Shown in pieces: positions 56,960 through 64,000 of a stretch of DNA of 64,000 nt. The stretch lies in assembly GCA_963705105.1 (NCBI GenBank), contig CAVPIW010000006.1, positions 288,001-352,000 on the forward strand, written 5' to 3'. Positions within the stretch are counted from its first letter, which is position 1. The number at the start of each line of letters is the position of its first letter. The position numbers and the translations under genes were made by a program. Under the pieces are notes generated by a model that saw only the letters and a program-made list of their open reading frames with translations, was not told where the DNA came from and searched no databases. Origin of the DNA: an uncultured Nitrospiraceae bacterium (GTDB lineage: Bacteria; Nitrospirota; Thermodesulfovibrionia; Thermodesulfovibrionales; Dissulfurispiraceae).

Positions 56960-58999
56960 ATGAGGAGAGGACACATTTTCATCATTATCGTTCTAATGGG
57001 CAGTATGATGAAAGGTCTGTTCATGCCTGCTCTGGCTGCGGCATACCGGACTCTGGGGGATCTGACTGCCCTGAGCATCGAGGAGCTGATGAACATCGAG
57101 GTCACCTCGGTATCGAAAAGGGCGCAACCCCTTTCAGATACCGCATCGGCAATCTTCGTCATAACCCAGGAGGATATTCGACGCTCAGGTGTGACGAGCA
57201 TCCCCGAAGCGTTGCGCATGGCGCCGGGCCTTGAGGTTGCCCGCATCGATGCGAACAAATGGGCCATCACCGCCAGGGGTTTCAACGGACGCTTCGCCAA
57301 CAAACTCCTTGTACTCATAGATGGGCGAACCGTTTACACACCTCTTTTTTCGGGTGTTTTCTGGGATGAGCAGGACACCTTTCTGGAAAACATCGAGAGG
57401 ATCGAGGTGATCAGGGGCCCGGGCGCTTCCCTGTGGGGTGCAAATGCCGTCAACGGAGTCATCAATATCATCACGAAGAAGGCCGGAGAAACAACGGGCG
57501 GCCTCTTCAGCGCAGGAGGCGGGACGGAAGAGCGGTACTTCGGTGGTGTGCGCTACGGCTGGGATCTCGGAAATAACGCATATCTCAGGGTCTATGGGAA
57601 ACATTTCAACCGGAGCGGCTTCGTCGACGCCCAGGGACAGGACGCGGCCGACGGCTGGTACCAGTCGAGAGCCGGGTTCAAGCTCGACTGGGAAAAGTCG
57701 GAACGCGATTCCTTTACTGTCCAGGGAGAAACATATAAAGGCAAGTCTGGTTTCACTCTGTTTGTCCCTATATCCGAGCCCCCTTACTCGACGAGCTTCA
57801 GCGAGAAGGCCGACCTGTCTGGAGGGCACCTGTTGGCCCGATGGCGACATGTCCACTCGGACACTTCCGATATGACCCTGCAGGCCTACTATGACAGGAG
57901 CAAAGGGACTGACAGCACATTAGAAGAGAGACAGGATACGATCGATGTGGACTTCCAGCATCACCTGCTCGTGCATGAGCGCCATGAAATCATCTGGGGG
58001 CTGGGATACCGGTACTACAGGGATCATACTCAGGGCGGCTCGTTTGTCAGCATCGAGCCGCCGGACAAGGGATTGCATCTCTTCAGCGCCTTCATCCAGG
58101 ATGAGATCACCCTCGTAAAAGACAGGCTCATGCTCACAGTGGGCTCCAAATTCGAGCACAACGACTTCACCGGGTTCGAGGTGCAGCCAACGGCACGCAT
58201 TCTCTGGTCTCCTCATGAGAAACAGAGGGTCTGGGCGGCCGTATCACGGGCTGTCAGGACGCCGTCGCGGTCTGACGAGGGGGCGGTTGCACAATCACTG
58301 GCCCTCCCGCCCAACAGCGGTCTCAATCCCGCTCCTTTTCCGGTCTTTGTCGAGTTCCGGGGATCCAATGACTTCGAATCGGAGACGCTCATCGCCTACG
58401 AGGCCGGATACAGGGTGCAGCCAGGCAACGGGTTGTCTGTCGATCTTGCCGTTTTTTACAATAAATACGACAAACTCAGAACGACCGACAACCCGGTGGC
58501 ATCTGTCAGGCTGTCTCCGCCTCCGCCACGTGTGAACGTAAGTGTAACGGCGGATAACAAGGCGAAGGGAGAGACCTACGGCGCCGAGTTTGCCGTTGAC
58601 TGGCAGGTCTTTCCCTGGTGGCGCCTCAAGGCTTCCTATACCTATCTGCAAATGCAAATTCACCGGATCGAGGGAAGCAGTGACGTGGGAGCGGAGGCGG
58701 CCGAAGGTGATGACCCTCACAATCAGTTTTCTCTCCGTTCATTGATGGACTTGGGGAGAAACGTCGAGTTCGACGCATGGTTTCGCTATGTCGACAACCT
58801 CCCGAGCCTCGGGATCAGGAGTTATGTGACCTGCGACGCCCGCATCGCCTGGAGGTCGCTGAAAAACGTGGAGATCGCCCTTGTCGGGCAGAATTTGCTC
58901 GACAACCACCATCCGGAACAGGGGCTTGATACGCTGCTTTCCAATCAGTCGACGGAAGTGCCGCGCGGCGTATACGGGAAGATCACATGGAAATTCTAA
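56960..58999 (+). CDS. TonB-dependent receptor 3 (close paralog of receptor 2)
   Basis: Same motifs as receptor 2, with long identical stretches. Confidence 0.93.
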   Translation: MRRGHIFIIIVLMGSMMKGLFMPALAAAYRTLGDLTALSIEELMNIEVTSVSKRAQPLSDTASAIFVITQEDIRRSGVTSIPEALRMAPGLEVARIDANKWAITARGFNGRFANKLLVLIDGRTVYTPLFSGVFWDEQDTFLENIERIEVIRGPGASLWGANAVNGVINIITKKAGETTGGLFSAGGGTEERYFGGVRYGWDLGNNAYLRVYGKHFNRSGFVDAQGQDAADGWYQSRAGFKLDWEKSERDSFTVQGETYKGKSGFTLFVPISEPPYSTSFSEKADLSGGHLLARWRHVHSDTSDMTLQAYYDRSKGTDSTLEERQDTIDVDFQHHLLVHERHEIIWGLGYRYYRDHTQGGSFVSIEPPDKGLHLFSAFIQDEITLVKDRLMLTVGSKFEHNDFTGFEVQPTARILWSPHEKQRVWAAVSRAVRTPSRSDEGAVAQSLALPPNSGLNPAPFPVFVEFRGSNDFESETLIAYEAGYRVQPGNGLSVDLAVFYNKYDKLRTTDNPVASVRLSPPPPRVNVSVTADNKAKGETYGAEFAVDWQVFPWWRLKASYTYLQMQIHRIEGSSDVGAEAAEGDDPHNQFSLRSLMDLGRNVEFDAWFRYVDNLPSLGIRSYVTCDARIAWRSLKNVEIALVGQNLLDNHHPEQGLDTLLSNQSTEVPRGVYGKITWKF

Positions 59000-59002
59000 A
59001 GA

Positions 59003-59599
59003 ATGAGAACTGACATGTCGGGATACGACAAACTCCGGCGACTCATCCCGGCGGTTCTTATCACCGCGCTCTGTTTCGTCGTCACGTCGACTATGCCCGG
59101 GAACGTATCGGCCCAGGACAGAGAGATGATTACTGACGAATACCGGATCAAGGCGGCGTTTCTCTATAATTTCGCGAAATTTGTCGAGTGGCCGGCCGGT
59201 GCATTCAAAGACAACCGTTCTCCGCTCATGATCTGCATCGTTGGGAAAGACCCCTTCGGAGCTGCTCTGAGTGAGATAAGAGACAAAACCGTGGGAGGAA
59301 GGACTATCGCTGTCAGGCATGTCAGGGATACCGGTGAAATCGAGAATTGCCATATCCTCTTCATCAGCGAATCCGAGAAGGAAATCGTGGCGCAGCATAT
59401 TGCAAGGGGTGTCAGGAATAGAGCAATACTGTCCGTCGGTGACACGCGGGGCTACGCCCAGAAAGGGGTCGTCATCAACATGATCATCGTCAACAGTAAG
59501 GTTGGCTTCGAGATCAACACCGATGCGGCCCAGCGCGCCGGTCTCATAATCCATTCACAGTTGCTCAAGCTGGCGAAGATTATCAAGGAGAAAGCCTGA
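59003..59599 (+). CDS. YfiR-family (DUF4154) periplasmic protein 2
   Basis: [19 protein letters not shown], Cys pair, HSQLLKLA. Confidence 0.9.
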   Translation: MRTDMSGYDKLRRLIPAVLITALCFVVTSTMPGNVSAQDREMITDEYRIKAAFLYNFAKFVEWPAGAFKDNRSPLMICIVGKDPFGAALSEIRDKTVGGRTIAVRHVRDTGEIENCHILFISESEKEIVAQHIARGVRNRAILSVGDTRGYAQKGVVINMIIVNSKVGFEINTDAAQRAGLIIHSQLLKLAKIIKEKA

Positions 59600-62505
59600 T
59601 GCGGTTCTTGAACAACCTGTCGGTCAAGCAGAAAATAACTGCGATCATCATGATCGCATGCACGTGTGTGCTCATGATGTCTGCCTGCGCATTCATCATT
59701 CGCGACCTTCTCAGCGAACCGGCTGAGATGGTCGACAAGGTCGATACGATCGCCTCCGTGGTCGGCGCCAACACGACGGCAGCGCTGACCTTCAACGACC
59801 GGAAGGCCGCCGAGGAGACCCTCTCCGCACTGTCGACGGAACCCCATGTTATGAATGCCGTCATTTACACGCGGGAGGGCGAGGAATTCGCCCGGTATTC
59901 GGCGGATTTCGAAAGAGAACGCCGGGACTCCTGGCGGGACCATCTCGAGGCAAACCTCATTCGGGAGGGCCATCGTTTTCACGGAGATCACATTGATTTC
60001 ATCAAGACAATAACCCTGGATCAAGATGCGATCGGAACGATTTACATCAAGATGAGCCTCCAGGAGCTCTACCAACGGATGGCCCTGTATGTCGTGACCA
60101 CTATAGTGAGCGTCATTGTCCTGCTGATCGTCGCATACGTCATCTCTCTCCGTCTCCAGCAGGTGATAACGTCTCCCATCTCCGTAATGTCGGAGACGAT
60201 GAAGGTCGTGTCGGAGAGGAAGGACTATACCGTCCGTGCCGTCAAGGCAAGTGACGATGAGATCGGCACCCTCGTCGACGGTTTCAACGAGATGCTCGGA
60301 CAGATAGAAGAACGGGATGAACAACTGAAAAGGCACCGGGAACACCTGGAGGAGGAAGTCGCTCTCCGCACGGCAGAGCTTTCCGAGGCGAATAGTGAAT
60401 TGGCTCTGAATTATGCGGAGCTCAAGACGGCAAAGGAGGCCGCTGAGGCTGCAAACCGCGCAAAATCACAGTTCCTGGCGAACATGAGCCACGAGATCAG
60501 GACCCCGATGAACGGCGTACTCGGGATGACGGAACTGCTCCTGAAAACGGACCTGACGGAGAGACAGAAGAAGTTCACCGAAACCGTCCATTCCTCGGCG
60601 GAGTCGCTCCTGAATATTCTGAACGATATCCTCGACTTTTCAAAGATCGAAGCCGGCAGGCTCGAACTCGAAATCGTCCCCTTCAACCTCCACGAGGTCA
60701 TCGAGGATGTGGCGGACATCTTTGCGAGACATGCCGAGACAAAGGGGGTGGAGCTCATATGCCACATCGACAGGGAAGTCCCTGGTTACGTAATGGGCGA
60801 CCCTGTGAGGATGCGGCAGATCCTCGTGAATCTGGTGGGCAATGCCATCAAGTTCACGGAGGAGGGCGAGATCCTGGTCAGGGTGGATACCGCCGAAATA
60901 CGAGATGGCCTGTCGTTCGTCCGCTTTGATGTGCGCGACACGGGCATCGGCATCGATCAGGAGGCGAGGGAGACCATATTCGATGCCTTCTCCCAGGCCG
61001 ACGGCTCGACGACCCGGAAATACGGGGGCACAGGCCTGGGGCTGACGATCACGAAACAGCTCGTCGGGATGATGGGTGGAGAGATAAGCGTTGAGAGTGA
61101 AGTCGGAAGGGGCTCGACATTCCGGATCATTATGCCGGTGACGGCGGTCCAGGGGGACGAGGCCCTGCAGGGGCATGCGGAAGAACGGCTCAGGAGCTGG
61201 AAAGTGCTGATCGTCGACGACAACAGGACGAACCGTACCATCCTCAGTCAGTTGTTTGAGTCATGGGGGATGGGGTGCCGAGCCGCCGACGGCGGACAGG
61301 CAGCCATCGAGATGCTTGATACCGCCGTGGCGCAACATGAACCGTATGATCTCGCCGTTCTGGACATGCATATGCCCCATATGGACGGGCTGGAGCTCAC
61401 ACGGAAAATCAGGGCCAATGCGGCCCTGGAGGGACTCCGGCTCATGATGCTGACGTCTTCGAGCTCGCTTGAGGCGGCGGAAGAGCTCAACAGGAACGGC
61501 ATCGAGTACATCATGAGCAAGCCCGTCAGGCAGTCATACCTGTACAACTGCATCGTCGCCATGGCCGGTTCAGGAAGGGGCGCCCAGGGGTATCGGAAAC
61601 AGGCGCAGGGAACGGTTCAGGCGGAGGAGTTTCCCCTTTCCGTGCTGCTGGCCGAGGACAATCCGGTCAATCAGGTCGTATCCGTCGGTATGCTGGAGGG
61701 CATAGGATGCCGTGTCGACGTCGCAAACAACGGACGCGAGGCCTTCAACGCCCTTTCCAGGATGTCCTATGACGTCGTTTTCATGGATTGCCAGATGCCC
61801 GTCATGGATGGATTTGAGGCGACGAAGGCGATCAGGGAGCGGGAGCGGTCCTCGGGCAACGGCGGCAACTCCCCAACTCTCCATGTGCCGATCGTCGCCC
61901 TGACCGCCCACGCCATGAGAGGTGACCGTGAAGCCTGTCTCGCCGCGGGCATGGATGACTACCTGTCGAAACCCTTCAGTCAGCAGCAGCTTGTTGCCGT
62001 GCTGAAGAAATGGTTCACCGGGAGAGTCCCGGAGAAGTCCGAAGACAAACAGCCCGGGAATCACGGGAGTGAGACCGTTTTGTCGATCCCCGGGAAACGG
62101 ATGAAAGAAGAAAGCCCTTCGGCGGCGGGGAAATCGGATGAGCCCGTTCAGGAACCGATCGACCGGATCGTGCTTGATACCATCTCTTCCCTGCAGAGGC
62201 CCGGCTCTCCCGATATCCTGAAGCGGGTGATCACCCTGTTCATCGACGACTCAGCCGTCCTCGTGCGGAAACTCCGAGAAGGCATCCATGCGGGAGACCC
62301 CGCGGTGGTGTTCAGGGCCGCTCACACAATGAAATCGAGCAGCGCGAACGTGGGCGCTTTCCGTTTGTCTTCACTCTGCAAGGAACTGGAAATGATGGGC
62401 AGGAACGGCTCTCTCCTGGAGGCCGGCGAGCTGATGTCACAAATCGACAACGAATATGGTCCCGTTCTGAAAGCTCTTGCGAGAGAGATTGAGAGGCGAG
62501 GATGA
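59599..62505 (+). CDS. Hybrid sensor kinase: YfiN-like (CHASE8-type) periplasmic domain-HAMP-HisKA-HATPase-REC-REC-Hpt
   Basis: [53 protein letters not shown]. Confidence 0.92.
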   Translation: MRFLNNLSVKQKITAIIMIACTCVLMMSACAFIIRDLLSEPAEMVDKVDTIASVVGANTTAALTFNDRKAAEETLSALSTEPHVMNAVIYTREGEEFARYSADFERERRDSWRDHLEANLIREGHRFHGDHIDFIKTITLDQDAIGTIYIKMSLQELYQRMALYVVTTIVSVIVLLIVAYVISLRLQQVITSPISVMSETMKVVSERKDYTVRAVKASDDEIGTLVDGFNEMLGQIEERDEQLKRHREHLEEEVALRTAELSEANSELALNYAELKTAKEAAEAANRAKSQFLANMSHEIRTPMNGVLGMTELLLKTDLTERQKKFTETVHSSAESLLNILNDILDFSKIEAGRLELEIVPFNLHEVIEDVADIFARHAETKGVELICHIDREVPGYVMGDPVRMRQILVNLVGNAIKFTEEGEILVRVDTAEIRDGLSFVRFDVRDTGIGIDQEARETIFDAFSQADGSTTRKYGGTGLGLTITKQLVGMMGGEISVESEVGRGSTFRIIMPVTAVQGDEALQGHAEERLRSWKVLIVDDNRTNRTILSQLFESWGMGCRAADGGQAAIEMLDTAVAQHEPYDLAVLDMHMPHMDGLELTRKIRANAALEGLRLMMLTSSSSLEAAEELNRNGIEYIMSKPVRQSYLYNCIVAMAGSGRGAQGYRKQAQGTVQAEEFPLSVLLAEDNPVNQVVSVGMLEGIGCRVDVANNGREAFNALSRMSYDVVFMDCQMPVMDGFEATKAIRERERSSGNGGNSPTLHVPIVALTAHAMRGDREACLAAGMDDYLSKPFSQQQLVAVLKKWFTGRVPEKSEDKQPGNHGSETVLSIPGKRMKEESPSAAGKSDEPVQEPIDRIVLDTISSLQRPGSPDILKRVITLFIDDSAVLVRKLREGIHAGDPAVVFRAAHTMKSSSANVGAFRLSSLCKELEMMGRNGSLLEAGELMSQIDNEYGPVLKALAREIERRG

Positions 62506-64000
62506 AGGAAGACCGCTCGGCAAGAGAGACCGCCCTTATTCTCGTCGTCGATGACGACCTCGCCATGCGGCTTCTTGTCAGGGAATCCCTCGAGATAGCC
62601 GGTTTTCAGGTCGAGGACGCCGGTAACGGCCTTGAAGGTCTCGGCATCTTCAGGGAGGTTCAGCCCGACCTCGTCCTCTTGGATGTCATGATGCCCGACA
62701 TGGACGGGTTTCAGGTCAGCAGGACCCTCCGGAGCATTCCCGGCGGCGACAGAATCCCGATTGTCATGATGACGGGGCTCGATGACATAGAATCGATCAA
62801 CAGGGCCTACGAGGCGGGCGCCACCGACTTCATCACGAAGCCTTTCAACTGGCTTGTTCTCGGACACCGTGTCCGGTACATGCTCCGTGCGAGCGCCGCC
62901 TTCAACGAACTGAAGAGGAACGGCGCGAAAACCCGGGCCCTTCTGAACGCCATTCCCGACCGCATCTTCAGGATAGACCGGGAGGGTACTTTTCTCGAAT
63001 TCAAGGGACCTGCGGGCCCGGACCTCCTGATGGCGCCGGATGAATTCATCGGAAGAAACGTGAGGGACGTTTTGCCGCTTGAGACGGGGACACTGATCAT
63101 GGAGGCCATGCAAAGTGCCTTCGGGAGAGGTGACATCCGGACTATCGAGTATCATGTCCCCGCTGCGGGAATCAACCGTTTCTACGAGGCGCGGATCGTC
63201 GTCAGCGGTGAGGACGAGGTCATCGCGATCGTGCGGGATGTGACGGAGCAGAAGGAGGCTGACAAAGCCCTGAAGGAGAGCGAGGAGAGGTACCGGGACC
63301 TTTTTGAAAATGCCAACGACCTCATCCAGAGCGTCTCGCCGGACGGACGCTTCCTCTACGTGAACAAGGCCTGGCGGGACACGCTCGGGTACAGCCCTGA
63401 GGAGTTAGAGAATCTGACCATATTCAATGTCCTGAGTCCCGAGTGCCAGCCTCACTGCGCCGAGGTTTTTCAGCGCGTGATGGCGGGCGAGGATGTGGGA
63501 ATCATCGAAACCGAATTCATGACAAGGGACGGCAAGAGGATCACCATCGAAGGCAGCGTCAACTGTAAGGTCGTCAACGGCACCGTCGTCTCCACAAGAG
63601 GAATATTCCGGAACATCACCGAACGAAAGCAGGCAGAGGAAGAGATCATACGTCTTGCTTATTATGACAGCCTGACGGGCCTGCCGAACCGGCTTCTCTT
63701 TAAAGACCGCCTCAGGCAGTCGATTACGTATGCCCAACGGTACAAGAAGATGCTTGCGACCCTTTTCCTTGACCTTGACCGCTTCAAGAGGATCAACGAC
63801 ACACTCGGGCACAGTATCGGAGACCGTTTGCTTAAGGGTGTCGCAGAACGCCTGTCCCACACCCTGCGCCAGAGTGATTCCGTCGGCAGGGACGGTTCGG
63901 AAGATTTCGGGTCCACAGTGGCAAGACTGGGCGGTGACGAGTTCACGATCCTCCTCATGGAGATCGACAGCGTTCAGGATGTCGCCAAAGTGGCACGGCG
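62502..64000 (+). CDS. REC-PAS-PAS-GGDEF diguanylate cyclase response regulator (3' end outside window)
   Basis: Translated by hand from ATG 62502: LVVDDD, LLDVMMP, two PAS-like segments, [21 protein letters not shown] and ARLGGDEF (at 63930). Absent from the ORF track because no stop falls in the window. Confidence 0.92.
   Translation, partial: MKEDRSARETALILVVDDDLAMRLLVRESLEIAGFQVEDAGNGLEGLGIFREVQPDLVLLDVMMPDMDGFQVSRTLRSIPGGDRIPIVMMTGLDDIESINRAYEAGATDFITKPFNWLVLGHRVRYMLRASAAFNELKRNGAKTRALLNAIPDRIFRIDREGTFLEFKGPAGPDLLMAPDEFIGRNVRDVLPLETGTLIMEAMQSAFGRGDIRTIEYHVPAAGINRFYEARIVVSGEDEVIAIVRDVTEQKEADKALKESEERYRDLFENANDLIQSVSPDGRFLYVNKAWRDTLGYSPEELENLTIFNVLSPECQPHCAEVFQRVMAGEDVGIIETEFMTRDGKRITIEGSVNCKVVNGTVVSTRGIFRNITERKQAEEEIIRLAYYDSLTGLPNRLLFKDRLRQSITYAQRYKKMLATLFLDLDRFKRINDTLGHSIGDRLLKGVAERLSHTLRQSDSVGRDGSEDFGSTVARLGGDEFTILLMEIDSVQDVAKVAR

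Noticed and set aside
54856..58999. Receptor 2/3 similarity as an assembly duplication or DGR template/variable repeat
   Set aside because: Numerous synonymous and block differences run across full-length intact genes. No adenine-specific pattern was evident and no reverse transcriptase is present.

Overview
GC-rich bacterial chromosomal window. Gene content and order suggest Nitrospirota or a deltaproteobacteria-like lineage (inference only). Positions 1-36.1 kb hold a flagellar and chemotaxis cluster: fliK-flgDE, fliLMN-fliOP(fused)-fliQR-flhBAFG-fliA, HEAT-cheR-RR-cheY-cheA-cheW/cheZ(fused), PBP-MCP-cheB, and flgFGAHI-flgJ/M23-flgMNKL-csrA-fliW. Positions 36.4-51.5 kb hold signalling and housekeeping genes: HK, HDOD, LysR, queE, Nudix, pgpA, frameshifted thpR, recA, recX, alaS, an outer-membrane barrel, dksA and mlaEFDC. 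Positions 51.7-64 kb hold a putative trans-envelope signalling locus of three TonB-dependent receptors, two YfiR-like proteins, a hybrid kinase with a YfiN-like periplasmic domain, and a REC-PAS-PAS-GGDEF protein. Both receptor units are preceded by sigma28-like promoters. Most larger intergenic gaps carry a ~180-210 bp MITE-like repeat (CCTT...AAGG ends, 4-5 bp target duplications, three core subtypes). There are also two CGTC-type REP-like palindromes. A CxxC/RAPP leader-peptide-like ORF lies between flgE and fliL. No CRISPR, rRNA, tRNA or transposase was recognised. All calls come from reading the sequence and motifs; no database searches were run.
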